DNA from: an uncultured Bacilli bacterium
GTDB lineage: Bacteria > Bacillota_I > Bacilli_A > RFN20 > CAG-449
NCBI GenBank assembly: GCA_947626895.1
Contig: CANQTY010000001.1
Location: forward strand, 2,477 to 66,476
Reading direction: 5' to 3'
Length of the DNA: 64,000 bases
The position numbers and the translations under genes were made by a program. Each line of letters begins with the position of its first letter. The first letter of the stretch is position 1. Below the pieces are notes generated by a model. It was not told the origin of the DNA. It did not search any database and saw only the letters and a list, made by a program, of their open reading frames with translations. This document shows, piece by piece, positions 30,061 through 40,655 of the stretch.

Positions 30061-30097
30061 TTTAATTCATCCTTCTTTAAATCCCTAATTTTATTTT

Positions 30098-30928
30098 CTA
30101 ACGGAATGTTTTTAAATCACAAACATCCATGTCGTCAAAAGTTTGATTTTCTCCACACATACCCCAAATAAAGGAATAGTTTTTCGTAGCAAATCCACAA
30201 TGAATGGACCAAGATGGAGAAATGACAGCTTGTTCATTTTTCATCACGATATGGCGTGTTTCACTAGGTTCACCCATCATATGGAAGACGCGATCATCTT
30301 CACCTAAATCAAAGTAAAGATAAACTTCCATTCTTCTTTCATGGGTATGGCAAGGCCATGTATTCCATCCATTACCTTCTTCTAAACATGTCATTCCCAT
30401 CGAAAGTTGACATGATTTTAAGACATCGGGATGAATATATTGATTAATGACACGTTTATTCATCATCTTATTATCCCCAAGAGGACGATGGATAGCCTTT
30501 TCAAAAGGAATATGAACGGTTTCATATCGCACATGAGCAGGACAAGAATTAATATAGAATTTCGCAGGATTTTTGCTATCTTTTGATTCAAAAATCACTT
30601 CTTTAGTTCCCATACCTACATAAAGACCATCTCTATTTTTCATGATATATTTTTTACCATCTAAAGTAATTATTCCTTCTCCACCGATATTGATGACACC
30701 GAGTTCTCTTCTTTCTAAGAAGTAATTCGCGCGAAGTTCATCTCCAGCAGTAAGAGCCAAAGCTTTTGTAACAGGCATAACACCACCTGCAATCATACGA
30801 TCTTGATGCGAGTAAGTTAAGGGTATTTCATCTGCAACAAATACCTTTTCGATTAAATACTTTTCCCTTAATTCTTCTGTTGTATAGAATTTTGAATCAT
30901 CGGGATGTGAACAATAACGTACGTCCAT
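30098..30928 (-). CDS. kduI: 5-dehydro-4-deoxy-D-glucuronate isomerase
   Basis: [30 protein letters not shown] canonical KduI N-terminus; 276 aa double cupin. Confidence 0.9.
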   Translation of the reverse strand: MDVRYCSHPDDSKFYTTEELREKYLIEKVFVADEIPLTYSHQDRMIAGGVMPVTKALALTAGDELRANYFLERRELGVINIGGEGIITLDGKKYIMKNRDGLYVGMGTKEVIFESKDSKNPAKFYINSCPAHVRYETVHIPFEKAIHRPLGDNKMMNKRVINQYIHPDVLKSCQLSMGMTCLEEGNGWNTWPCHTHERRMEVYLYFDLGEDDRVFHMMGEPSETRHIVMKNEQAVISPSWSIHCGFATKNYSFIWGMCGENQTFDDMDVCDLKTFR

Positions 30929-31011
30929 AATTATATAATCTCCTTTTCAAATATATATTTATTATATCACTCTTTTCCTTTAGGAAAAAGATAAAAGATA
31001 AAATCGTTTTT

Positions 31012-31845
31012 CTAATTTTGTTCAATTGCTTTTTCAATTTGCAAAAATAGTTTTTTAATATCCTTCCCAATCATGAGAAAACAAGGGATTTTTACGACTT
31101 CATCAATCGTTTCTTCCCATTTACTTCTTTCATCCGTCTGGGGTGTAACAATTTCACTCATGAGTTTTAAAAATGCATCTCTTACTTCTAGACGCTTTAA
31201 ATAGAGATCATCTCCTTCTACTAAAGAGAAGATATGAGTTAAGGGAGCAATGACATTATTATTATCTTTTGTCTCTTCATTCGACCAAGGATTACCATAA
31301 ATCATAACCCCATCCTCTTCTTTTACAAGATAGTTTCGAATGGTATTGATGACTACTGCGCCATTTTTTAAAAATAAATCACTCAAAGAAAGTCTACCAT
31401 CTAGATAAGAACCTGTAATTAAAATCCCTTTTCCATTGATGGAAAAAGCCGTTCCTTCCATTAAAATACAAGGATAAGCCTCACTTAAGATTCTTGTAGC
31501 GATATATTGTAGTAAAATAATCCCTAAATGGACATCATGAGGATCTTTCAAAGAAAAAGAAAACTTATTTTTGCCATAAACGATTTTTCCCTCATAATTA
31601 TTTTCATCGCCATGAAGAAATTGATATTGAGTTTCAACATTATCTTTAACATATAAATGATAGTTTTTCGAGGTAATTTTTAAATCTCCTTTATCGCTAT
31701 CTTCACTATAAGGTTCTTGATAGATTACGTAATCTACATTTCCTTCTTCAACTACATAGGAGGAAAAAAAATCAAGGTATTCACTTTCATAAAGAAAATT
31801 GATTTCAATGATGGAATGCACCAAACAAATCTTCATAAAATTCAC
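31012..31845 (-). CDS. hypothetical protein with HPr-kinase C-terminal-like domain and degenerate P-loop
   Basis: GKGILITGSYLDGRLSLSDLFLKNGAVVIND resembles the HprK_C fold but lacks GxxGxGKS. Confidence 0.35.
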   Translation of the reverse strand: MNFMKICLVHSIIEINFLYESEYLDFFSSYVVEEGNVDYVIYQEPYSEDSDKGDLKITSKNYHLYVKDNVETQYQFLHGDENNYEGKIVYGKNKFSFSLKDPHDVHLGIILLQYIATRILSEAYPCILMEGTAFSINGKGILITGSYLDGRLSLSDLFLKNGAVVINTIRNYLVKEEDGVMIYGNPWSNEETKDNNNVIAPLTHIFSLVEGDDLYLKRLEVRDAFLKLMSEIVTPQTDERSKWEETIDEVVKIPCFLMIGKDIKKLFLQIEKAIEQN

Positions 31846-31848
31846 TCC

Positions 31849-33078
31849 TTAAAAGCAGATAACTGCATATTTTTTCTTACCACGCTTAATTAAAATATAA
31901 CGTCCCTCTTTCGCTAAATCTTTACTTAAGATTAAGTTCATATCCGTAATTTTCTTTTCAAATAAAGAAACTGCACCATTTTGGATAAATTCACGTGCTT
32001 CTCTTTTTGAAGATGCAAGTTTTAAAGAAACTAAAGCATCTAAAAGAGAAATTTCTCCAGTTAGATGAGGTAAATCAAGTAAACTCATTTCAATTTCCTC
32101 GACACTTAAAGATTCAATTTTTCCTGAAAATAGAGCTTCGGAAAGATGTTTTGCTCTACTTGCTTTTTCTTTTCCAAAAACAAATGAAGTCACTTCAAAA
32201 GCTAATCTTTTTTGGGGAATTCTTGCTTCTAAACATGCATTCATCTCTTTTTCTAATAATGCAATTTCTTCAAGACTTAAAAAAGTAAATTGTTTTAATC
32301 TTTTAATAACATCAGAATCAGGAATATTCATCCAAAATTGATAAAATTCATAAGGAGAGGTTTTCTTTTCATCTAACCAAACCGATTTTCCATCTTCAGA
32401 TTTACCAAATTTAGTGCCATCCGATTTTAAAATTAAAGGAACAGTAAGACCATAAACTTTTGCTTCTGAACCACATTTTTTACGGATTAAATCACTACCC
32501 GCGGTAATATTTCCCCATTGATCTTGACCTCCTAATTGGACGGTACAATTACAATCCTTATAAAGTTTATACCAATCAAGAGCTTGTAAAATTTGATAAG
32601 AAAATTCGGTAAAAGAAATACCTACATCTAATCTAGATTTCACAACGTCTTTATTAAGCATGGTCGAAACATTAAATTCTTTTCCAATATCTCTTAAAAA
32701 ATCGAGTAGAGAAATTTGACTAACCCAATCATAATTATCGACCATGGAATCCACGCCAAATAAATCATGAATTTGATTTTTTAAAGATAATGCATTTTTC
32801 TTTACTTCTTCAAGAGTCAGCATCTTACGTTCTCCTTGCATTTTAGGATCTCCAATTAAACCTGTCGCACCACCGACAAGTAAAACAGGATGATGACCAT
32901 ATTGTTCCATTCTTTTCATCACAATATACGTAAATAAATGACCAACATGTAAAGAATCTCCTGTAGGATCACAACCTAAATAAAATGTGACTTTATTATT
33001 TTCTAAATATTCCTCAATAGCAGGATCTGTCGTATCAAAATAAGATTCTCGTAATTTTAATTCTTCAATTAGTGTCAT
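31849..33078 (-). CDS. tyrS: tyrosine--tRNA ligase
   Basis: HIGH motif HVGHL; KMSKS-like KFGKS; C-terminal S4 domain. Confidence 0.92.
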   Translation of the reverse strand: MTLIEELKLRESYFDTTDPAIEEYLENNKVTFYLGCDPTGDSLHVGHLFTYIVMKRMEQYGHHPVLLVGGATGLIGDPKMQGERKMLTLEEVKKNALSLKNQIHDLFGVDSMVDNYDWVSQISLLDFLRDIGKEFNVSTMLNKDVVKSRLDVGISFTEFSYQILQALDWYKLYKDCNCTVQLGGQDQWGNITAGSDLIRKKCGSEAKVYGLTVPLILKSDGTKFGKSEDGKSVWLDEKKTSPYEFYQFWMNIPDSDVIKRLKQFTFLSLEEIALLEKEMNACLEARIPQKRLAFEVTSFVFGKEKASRAKHLSEALFSGKIESLSVEEIEMSLLDLPHLTGEISLLDALVSLKLASSKREAREFIQNGAVSLFEKKITDMNLILSKDLAKEGRYILIKRGKKKYAVICF

Positions 33079-33084
33079 ATTACC

Positions 33085-33330
33085 CCCCCTAAAAAAATAA
33101 AACGCCCGTTTCTAAGGACGCTTTCACGTGGTACCACCTTAGTTCCGAATAAAAATTCGGCACTTTCAATTGAACTCCTCCACGCTGTAATTCCTCACTT
33201 ATCCTAGTTCTTATTTCCACCAGCTAAGAATCTCTATACTATTTTAAGTTCGTACTGTACGCTTCAACGGATTCCCTAATTGGGATATCTTTATTTTAAA
33301 ATAGCACTTGTTAAAAAACAAGTTTAAAAG
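33085..33330 (-). promoter_or_regulatory. T-box riboswitch leader of tyrS with intrinsic terminator
   Basis: minus strand AACTAAGGTGGTACCACGTGAAAG matches the T-box consensus AAnnnGGGTGGNACCGCG, overlapping terminator AAAGCGTCC-loop-GGGCGTTTT plus a T-run; a candidate UAC Tyr specifier lies upstream (GCGTACAGTACG). Confidence 0.75.
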
Positions 33331-33455
33331 AGCTTTTCTTCTCTTATTGAAAGAAGAGTTTGTGATGGAGAACAAATTTTATTTAGATAAGTTTGCTTTC
33401 TTTACTTTAAAAAAAACTTATATTAAAATGATTTTGATTTAAGGAGATGTGATTT

Positions 33456-34652
33456 ATGTCTAAAATTTTTGCTGTTAATGCAGGTAGTTCATCTTTGAAA
33501 TTCAAATTATATGAAATGCCTGAAGAAAAAGTAATTTGCTCAGGTTTACTTGAAAGGATTGGTGAACCTACAGGTCGTTTTATTTTAAAACCCACAGGAA
33601 AAGATAAAAGTGAAATTGTCTGTCCTATTAAAGATCATGCTATTGCAGTTGCAATGCTTCTTGATGCTTTAGTGGAACAAGGAATTGTTAAAGACTTAAA
33701 CGAAATTAAAGGCGTTGGTCATCGTATCGTTCAAGGAGGACATTATTTTTCGGATTCCGCGCTTTTCGATGACAAAACAGAAAAGATTATTGAATCTTTA
33801 ATTCCTTTAGCTCCATTACATAATGCCGCGCATTTAGTAGGATTTAGAGCCTTTAAAGAAGCTTTACCAGATGTAAAACAAGTTGCAGTATTTGATACTG
33901 CTTTCCATCAAAGCATGGAACCAGAAGATTATATGTATGCTTGTCCATATGAATATTATGAAAAATATATGGTAAGAAAATATGGCGCTCATGGAACTTC
34001 TCATAAATATTTATCACAAGAAGGTCTACGCTATTTAAAAGGCGTAAAACATCCTAAGATTATTTCTTGTCACATCGGTTCAGGAGCTTCTTTATGTGCA
34101 ATTAAAGATGGAAAATGTGTCTCTACTTCGATGGGTCTTACTCCTTTAGCGGGTGTCATGATGGGAACAAGAACAGGAGATATTGATGCTTCCGTTATGC
34201 CTTATTTAGTAAATCAAACTGGTAAATCCGCGGAAGAAATCTATCAAGAATTCAACAAAAAATCTGGATTACTTGGTATTTCAGGAGTTTCTAATGATTC
34301 TCGAGATGTCACCGCCGCGGCAGAGCAAGGAAATAAACGTGCCAAACTTGCCATTAAAATGTACATTCGTCGTATTGCTGATTATATTGGTCAATATTAT
34401 GTTCGTCTAGGTGGATGTGATTTAATTATCTTCTCCGCTGGAGTTGGAGAAAATGCACCTGAATATCGAGCGATGATTTGTGATCAATTAAAAGAAGCTT
34501 TAGGAGTTCAAATCGCGGAAGAACTCAATAATGCCGCACGTGGAAAAGAAGGAATTATTTCTACCGTCGATAGCAAAATCAAAGTCGTAGTTATTCCTAC
34601 AGATGAAGAAGTCATGATTGCTCGTGACGTTGTCCGCTTATTAAATATGTAG
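33456..34652 (+). CDS. ackA: acetate kinase
   Basis: MSKIFAVNAGSSSLKFKLYEM canonical AckA N-terminus; 398 aa. Confidence 0.92.
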   Translation: MSKIFAVNAGSSSLKFKLYEMPEEKVICSGLLERIGEPTGRFILKPTGKDKSEIVCPIKDHAIAVAMLLDALVEQGIVKDLNEIKGVGHRIVQGGHYFSDSALFDDKTEKIIESLIPLAPLHNAAHLVGFRAFKEALPDVKQVAVFDTAFHQSMEPEDYMYACPYEYYEKYMVRKYGAHGTSHKYLSQEGLRYLKGVKHPKIISCHIGSGASLCAIKDGKCVSTSMGLTPLAGVMMGTRTGDIDASVMPYLVNQTGKSAEEIYQEFNKKSGLLGISGVSNDSRDVTAAAEQGNKRAKLAIKMYIRRIADYIGQYYVRLGGCDLIIFSAGVGENAPEYRAMICDQLKEALGVQIAEELNNAARGKEGIISTVDSKIKVVVIPTDEEVMIARDVVRLLNM

Positions 34653-34685
34653 CTTGTTGTTTGTTTGTTTAAATTTTTCTTTCTA

Positions 34686-34722
34686 GGGTAGTTTGAATCA
34701 ATCAAATTACCCTCTTTTTTTT
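34686..34722 (+). terminator. rho-independent terminator after ackA (also 3' of convergent cysK)
   Basis: AGGGTA-16 nt loop-TACCCT followed by T9. Confidence 0.65.
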
Positions 34723-34724
34723 AT

Positions 34725-35645
34725 TTAACTTTCAAACATCGATAAGTACTTTAACCCATTATCAGGAAAAATCACGACAATATTTTTATCTTCATTTTCA
34801 ATTCTTTGAGAAAGCATTTTATATGCTTCAAGCGCTGCACCAGAAGATATACCTATAAATAAACCCTCGCTACAAGTAAATTCTTTTACGTTATTAAAAG
34901 CATCTAAATCATCGACAAGAAGGATTTCGTCAACGTATCTTGAATCAAAAATTTTCGGTTTAAATCCTGCACCAATTCCTTGAATTTGATGACTTCCCTT
35001 TTTTCCTAAACTAATAAAAGGAGATTTTTTTGGCTCAACTCCAATGACTTTTATCAAAGGATTTTTTTCTTTTAAATATTTCCCTACGCCAATTAAAGTT
35101 CCACTTGTTCCAAAAGGAGAAATAAAAATATCAATCTTCCCTTTTAAATCTTCATAAATTTCTTTTCCAGTCGCTTTATAATGAGCAAAAACGTTATATG
35201 GGGTTGAAAATTGATTTAAAATAAGTGAATTTTCATAATATTGATGAAGTTCTTGAGCTTTTAAAAGCGCTCCTTCCATTCCTAATTTTGCCTCCGTTAA
35301 AACAAGTTTGCTAGGGTACATACTTAATAATTTTTTTCTTTCTATGCTCATATTATTAGGCATAACTAAAATGAGTTTTCTTTTTTCATAAGCACATAAA
35401 CAAGATAAAGCAATTCCTGTATTTCCAGAAGTTGGTTCTATTAAAATCGTATCTTGATTTATTTTTCCTTCTTTTTCATACCCATGAATCATTTCTAAAG
35501 CAATCCGATCTTTAATAGATCCACTGGGTTCGCCCCATTCGATTTTTGCAAATAGATTTGCTTTTAAATGATGATCTTTTTGATATCTTTTGCAATGATA
35601 TAAAGGTGTATTTCCGATAAATTCATAAAGACTTTCTATTAACAT
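34725..35645 (-). CDS. cysK: cysteine synthase / O-acetylserine sulfhydrylase (PLP-dependent)
   Basis: N-terminal IGNTPLY; SGNTGIAL PLP-lysine region; 306 aa. Confidence 0.8.
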   Translation of the reverse strand: MLIESLYEFIGNTPLYHCKRYQKDHHLKANLFAKIEWGEPSGSIKDRIALEMIHGYEKEGKINQDTILIEPTSGNTGIALSCLCAYEKRKLILVMPNNMSIERKKLLSMYPSKLVLTEAKLGMEGALLKAQELHQYYENSLILNQFSTPYNVFAHYKATGKEIYEDLKGKIDIFISPFGTSGTLIGVGKYLKEKNPLIKVIGVEPKKSPFISLGKKGSHQIQGIGAGFKPKIFDSRYVDEILLVDDLDAFNNVKEFTCSEGLFIGISSGAALEAYKMLSQRIENEDKNIVVIFPDNGLKYLSMFES

Positions 35646-35739
35646 ATTTCTCCTTTTCTCGACAAAATACTCAACACATTCATAGATAAATGTTTATTTT
35701 TAAAAATAGATATGTTAGGATACTTTCAAAGGAATATAT

Positions 35740-36486
35740 ATGATGCACATTTTAGAAATTATACCAACAAGAAGCTTTAATCTTCTTTATATTATCTTAG
35801 ATAGTTTATTTATCATTTTCTTTTTAGGTTTATTAATCTATAAGAAAAAATATCTTACTCTCATTTGGTCAATCTTTGGAGGAATTTTATATTTTCTCGT
35901 CGACTTTGGTTATTTTTATTTAATCAGTAGTTCTAGAGAAATATATATTAATGATGTCATGCAATCCATGGGAAATGTTTCTTTAATTTTACTATGGATG
36001 TCTTTAAGTTATGGAATCACCAATTTTGCTTTTATTTGGTTATGTTTATCGAAAGATGAAGATTTAAAAATGTGGTTATTTTTAATAATTGCTTGGTGGT
36101 TAATTGTTCCAAGTATTGCTAGTTTAGGTGGAGCATCTAACATAAAAACTTTGCGAACCACGAATCAATATCACGGAATAATGGCTATTATCTTAATTCT
36201 AGGATATTTTGCTTTAATTATCTATCACTTTACAAATAAAAAACGTCATAAGATTCCAATTTTATGGCTCAATTTAATTGGAATAAGTGTACAATTTTCA
36301 TGGGAATTTGCTTTATTAATTAATGGCATTAGACCGATGAATCAAGATAGTATTTCTACGATTTTAATTAATTCTCTTATCGAGACAAATCTAGGAATGC
36401 CTTATATTTATCTCATCCATCATTTTGTCACTAAAAAATATCAAGAAGATTTAAAAAAGGTAAACAAAGAAGAAATATGTAAATAA
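35740..36486 (+). CDS. integral membrane protein, unknown function
   Basis: six or more hydrophobic spans; no motif recognised. Confidence 0.4.
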   Translation: MMHILEIIPTRSFNLLYIILDSLFIIFFLGLLIYKKKYLTLIWSIFGGILYFLVDFGYFYLISSSREIYINDVMQSMGNVSLILLWMSLSYGITNFAFIWLCLSKDEDLKMWLFLIIAWWLIVPSIASLGGASNIKTLRTTNQYHGIMAIILILGYFALIIYHFTNKKRHKIPILWLNLIGISVQFSWEFALLINGIRPMNQDSISTILINSLIETNLGMPYIYLIHHFVTKKYQEDLKKVNKEEICK

Positions 36487-36703
36487 ATGTGGGCTTTATA
36501 AAGTTCAAACTTACTTATTTATTTTTTATTTCTTTTATAAGCACCATTAATAAAAAATAGTTAGGCTTCTTTTTTTGTGTAAAAAAATAGACTGATTTCA
36601 GTCCATTTTTAGGGTTCTAGAGGTATCAAAGGATACTTATCACTATGTTCATTTTCTTTCTTTTGGGCGGTTTTCACCCAAATTTTAAAAAAATGTGTGT
36701 TTA

Positions 36704-37498
36704 TCATTCATCTTTTTTAATTTTTAGGCTAATTTCTTTTTCTTGTTCATCTTTTGCAAAATCCACTATAACAGTAAGGGGTTCATCATCCTTTACTTCA
36801 TTATTTTGTAATTCCATTTTCTTTTGTCTTCTTGAAGAAATACGATTGACTAATAAGCCTTTTAAAGCATAACGATCGATAGGAAAACTTACTAAAGGAA
36901 CAATAAGGGCAGCAAGTAAAGCTTCAAAAGAAGATTGTGTTAATAAAATTAAACCGACAAATAGCCAATATGAAGCATAATTAGCATCCCCAGCAATATG
37001 TTCCATATCACTATGATAAAATAGATATAACGCTCCAAAAACTAAAAGACTATGGACAATGGTCATCACAAAAGAGGTGATAATAGATAAAGTCTTTTCT
37101 TTTTTAGAGTTATGAATATGCATTCTTAAAATTTCAAATACCCATCCTGATAAAAAGCCAAAAAGCGCTCGTGGAAGAATGGAAATTAAAGGATTTTGAA
37201 AAAATGGATCTAAAATGCTTGTCGGAGATTGATAAGCTTTAATCATCGACATGACACCAAAAAATATTCCATAAACTAAACCTTTATTTTTACCAAATAA
37301 ATACGCTCCAATTAAAACAGGAATATGAATTAATGTCGCTGAAACTGGAGGAATAGCAATAAAGCCAATCGGAGTAAAAGTCATTAATATAATTAAAGCT
37401 AGAAACATTGCATCTAAGCATATTTCTTGAATTTTCATACGTTTATTATTCATGGTGTGCATCTCCTTGATTCTTTTTATAAATTTCATAAAGACCAT
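36704..37498 (-). CDS. ECF transporter S component (likely pantothenate-specific, PanT-like) with charged C-terminal tail
   Basis: ECF S-component-like multi-TM pattern; immediately downstream of, and overlapping, coaX; start codon ambiguous (several Met). Confidence 0.45.
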   Translation of the reverse strand: MVFMKFIKRIKEMHTMNNKRMKIQEICLDAMFLALIILMTFTPIGFIAIPPVSATLIHIPVLIGAYLFGKNKGLVYGIFFGVMSMIKAYQSPTSILDPFFQNPLISILPRALFGFLSGWVFEILRMHIHNSKKEKTLSIITSFVMTIVHSLLVFGALYLFYHSDMEHIAGDANYASYWLFVGLILLTQSSFEALLAALIVPLVSFPIDRYALKGLLVNRISSRRQKKMELQNNEVKDDEPLTVIVDFAKDEQEKEISLKIKKDE

Positions 37499-38225
37499 CT
37501 AAAATTAATTGATCATCATATTGAAATTCATTTAATTCTTTTTGAATTAAAATCGCATTACCCCCTGTTAAAATAGGCTTTAAAGAATAACCTAAAGATG
37601 CCTCTATCATGCGCTTTAATTCACGAATTTGAGCAATTGTTCCATAGATTGCTCCAGAATTTAAAGAATCTTTAGAATTTTTTCCGACGATATTTTTCGG
37701 TGCTACATATTCTATTTCCATGAGTTGTGCAGTTTCTTCAACTAAAGCTTGATAAGAAACTTTAATTCCTGGTGCAATAATGCAACCATCAAAGGCACCA
37801 TTTTGATCCACGACTAAATATTTTGTCGCTGTTCCTAAATCAACAATTAATAAAGGATATCCATATTTATGGATAGCTCCAACTGCATCAGAAACTAAAT
37901 CAGCGCCAAGTTCAAGAGGATGATCAATATGGATTGGAAGTCCAGATTTGATTTTTTGTCCAACTTGCAAACATGGCACATGAATTACCTTTTCTGCAGC
38001 AGAAACAATCGTACCACTTAGTGATGGGATGACACTAGATAAAATTGCCCCAGTAAAGGCATTTACATCTAAATGTTCTTGTAATAAGAAAAATTGTAAT
38101 ATTTCGCGATATCCATCGCTTGATCTTTTTTTATCGCTATACGTTCTATATGTAGCGATTAACTGATCTTCATGGTATACCCCGACATAAAGATTGGTGT
38201 TACCAAGATCTAAAGTTAATATCAT
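37446..38225 (-). CDS. coaX: type III pantothenate kinase
   Basis: MILTLDLGNTNLYVGVY N-terminus; ASKHA-fold motifs (IVDLGTATK; GGNA). Confidence 0.88.
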   Translation of the reverse strand: MILTLDLGNTNLYVGVYHEDQLIATYRTYSDKKRSSDGYREILQFFLLQEHLDVNAFTGAILSSVIPSLSGTIVSAAEKVIHVPCLQVGQKIKSGLPIHIDHPLELGADLVSDAVGAIHKYGYPLLIVDLGTATKYLVVDQNGAFDGCIIAPGIKVSYQALVEETAQLMEIEYVAPKNIVGKNSKDSLNSGAIYGTIAQIRELKRMIEASLGYSLKPILTGGNAILIQKELNEFQYDDQLILDGLYEIYKKNQGDAHHE

Positions 38226-38298
38226 ATAAACCTCCTGCTACAGTCCATAAGGTACCGTGCCATATCTATTATAAAAATGATGTAACTTTTTTCAACGA

Positions 38299-40266
38299 TT
38301 AAATGATTTCTTTAATTCTTTTAATGACTTCTTCTTTTGTAAAGTTAAAGTATTTCACTAAATCTTTCATTGGAGCAGATAAGCCAAAAGTATCTAAACT
38401 CATGACATGGGGTGCGATTTTATGCCAACCAAAAGATGAAAGCATTTCAATTACCATACGCTTTTCATAACTATTTCCTAAGGTTTGAGAAATATAAGTA
38501 GGATCTTGTTTAAAGAAACGTTCTACACAAGGCATCGAAACTACACGAATATCAATTCCAATATTTCTTAGTTCTTTTTGAGCATCTATAGCTAAAGCGA
38601 CCTCTGAACCTGTGGCAATTAAAGTAAGATCTGGTTCTTCTCCAATTTCTTTTGAAATGATATATCCACCTTTAGTAATATCGCTAGAATCACTTCCTCC
38701 AATTAAAGGAAGATTTTGTCTAGATAAGATGATACACACTGGAAATTCATTTTGTTTAAAGGCATTTTGATAAGACATCGCCACCTCTCTAGCATCACAA
38801 GGACGATAGACTTCAACATTTGGAATAGAACGCAACATTGCAAGTTGCTCAATTGGTTGATGTGTTGCGCCATCTTCACCAAGAGCAATAGAGTCATGAG
38901 AGAATAAGTAAACAGCTGGTAAATGAGACATTGCTGCCATACGTATTGCAGGTTTTAGATAATCTGAAAAGACTAGGAAACAACCGACAAAACTTCTTAA
39001 TCCACCATGTAAAAGCATTCCATTTTGAATCGCAGCCATAGCAAATTCACGAATTCCAAAGTTAATATTTCTTCCATTTCGATGTTCAAATGAAAAATCT
39101 TCATATCCTTTCACTTTTGTTTTTACAGAAGAGGCAACATCTGCACTACCTCCAATTAATGTTGGAATTGAATTATATAAAAGTTCTAATATCTTTCCTG
39201 AAGTTATTCTTGTAGCTTCACTAAATCCATCAGGATAAGAAGGAATCGAATTAAACACGAAACTTGCACAATCATTGTTCATCATCACTTCAAATTTTGT
39301 GGCTAAAACACTATTATTTCGCTTGAAGATGTTCAATTGATTTTCCCATTCTTTATAGGCAGCTTCGCCTCGAGAAATAAAACTATTTTTAAAATCATCA
39401 TAAACTTTTGGAGCTACATAGAAGGCATTTTCTTTATATCCATAGCTTGTTTTGGCTCGTAAACCATCCTCTTCCCCTAAAGGAGCACCATGAACTTTAT
39501 TTGTACCTTCATTGATACTTCCTTGACCAATTGTTGTATGCACAATAATTAATGTTGGTTTCACTTTCGAAGTTTTAGCAATTAAAATGGCTTTATCAAT
39601 TTCTTCTACATTATTACCATCTTTTACTTCATAAACATTCCAACCACTAGCTTGGAATCTCTTTTTAGGATCATCAATACTAGATAAAGATAAATCACCA
39701 TCTAACGTTACATGATTTGCATCGTAAAATACGATGAGACGATTGAGCTTTTGGGCTCCCGCAAAAGAGATAGCTTCTTGAGAAATACCTTCTTCTAAAC
39801 AACCATCCCCGACTAAGCAATAAGTATAATGATCCACTAAATGATATTCACTTGGATATTGATTACGTAAAAATACTTCAGCAAGAGCTAATCCAACAGC
39901 TTGTCCAATTCCTTGACCAAGTGGACCAGATGTAGCATCTACACCTTTAGTTAAACCATATTCAGGATGACCAGGAGTAATCGATTTTAAAGAACGAAAT
40001 TTCTTTAAATCTTCCATACGAATTTCATAACCTGCAAGATGTAAAGTGACATATAATAAACTTGATGCATGTCCCGCGGATAAAACAAAGCGATCACGAT
40101 TAATCCAATATGGATGATTAGGATTTGCAACTAAATGTCTTGTATATAATGTATAAAGAATTGGAGCACTTCCAATTGCCATCCCCGGATGACCTGAATT
40201 GGCTTTATTTGTCATATCAATGACTAATGAACGCATTGTAGCAATAGATTTTTCATATAATTTCAT
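38299..40266 (-). CDS. tkt: transketolase
   Basis: ANSGHPGMAIGSAPI TPP-binding N-terminus; 655 aa. Confidence 0.92.
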   Translation of the reverse strand: MKLYEKSIATMRSLVIDMTNKANSGHPGMAIGSAPILYTLYTRHLVANPNHPYWINRDRFVLSAGHASSLLYVTLHLAGYEIRMEDLKKFRSLKSITPGHPEYGLTKGVDATSGPLGQGIGQAVGLALAEVFLRNQYPSEYHLVDHYTYCLVGDGCLEEGISQEAISFAGAQKLNRLIVFYDANHVTLDGDLSLSSIDDPKKRFQASGWNVYEVKDGNNVEEIDKAILIAKTSKVKPTLIIVHTTIGQGSINEGTNKVHGAPLGEEDGLRAKTSYGYKENAFYVAPKVYDDFKNSFISRGEAAYKEWENQLNIFKRNNSVLATKFEVMMNNDCASFVFNSIPSYPDGFSEATRITSGKILELLYNSIPTLIGGSADVASSVKTKVKGYEDFSFEHRNGRNINFGIREFAMAAIQNGMLLHGGLRSFVGCFLVFSDYLKPAIRMAAMSHLPAVYLFSHDSIALGEDGATHQPIEQLAMLRSIPNVEVYRPCDAREVAMSYQNAFKQNEFPVCIILSRQNLPLIGGSDSSDITKGGYIISKEIGEEPDLTLIATGSEVALAIDAQKELRNIGIDIRVVSMPCVERFFKQDPTYISQTLGNSYEKRMVIEMLSSFGWHKIAPHVMSLDTFGLSAPMKDLVKYFNFTKEEVIKRIKEII

Positions 40267-40289
40267 AATTGAAAGTCTCCTTATTTATT

Positions 40290-40460
40290 CAAAATAAAAT
40301 CCGGAAAGACTTGAATTCCCTGTCTCACAGGGTGGGCCACTTTTCTCTGCTTTAGGATTCCGAACTTAGATAACTAAAGATAGTTATTCGGCCTTCAACA
40401 CCACAGAGATGAAAAAGCGTCCCTTTATCATCATGTAGGAATCGCATTTGCTCTCCGGAC
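40290..40460 (-). ncRNA. candidate structured 5' leader or ncRNA upstream of tkt (class not identified)
   Basis: unusually GC-rich for an intergenic region; closing TCCGGA/TCCGGA stem; internal hairpins CCCTGT-GAGA-CAGGG (GNRA loop) and CCGAATAACTAT...AGTTAT..TTCGG. Confidence 0.25.
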
Positions 40461-40596
40461 ATTGTTATTTTAGCACAAAATCGATTAATCATGCAATATA
40501 CATATAATTATGTAATAATTCATAATTAATAAGTAAAAGCGAAATTCAAAACAAATTATTTAATGAATTTTGTCATATTTTTAATTACTTTTCATG

Positions 40597-40624
40597 TTGA
40601 CTTTATGACAAAAAGCCATATAAT
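40597..40624 (+). promoter_or_regulatory. consensus sigma-70 promoter (TTGACT-16-TATAAT) for the XRE-ImmA-PIN operon, with flanking TGTCAT/ATGACA inverted repeat
   Basis: TTGACT at 40597-40602; TATAAT at 40619-40624; ATG at 40656 preceded by AAAAGGAGAG RBS. Confidence 0.7.
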
Positions 40625-40655
40625 ATTTTTAGATGAATAAAAAAGGAGAGCAAAA

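Noticed and set aside
40290-40460. Assignment of the tkt leader to SRP RNA, fluoride or TPP riboswitch
   Set aside because: Partial word matches only (CGGAA..AAGCAG; GATGAT), in wrong order or spacing. No confident class match.
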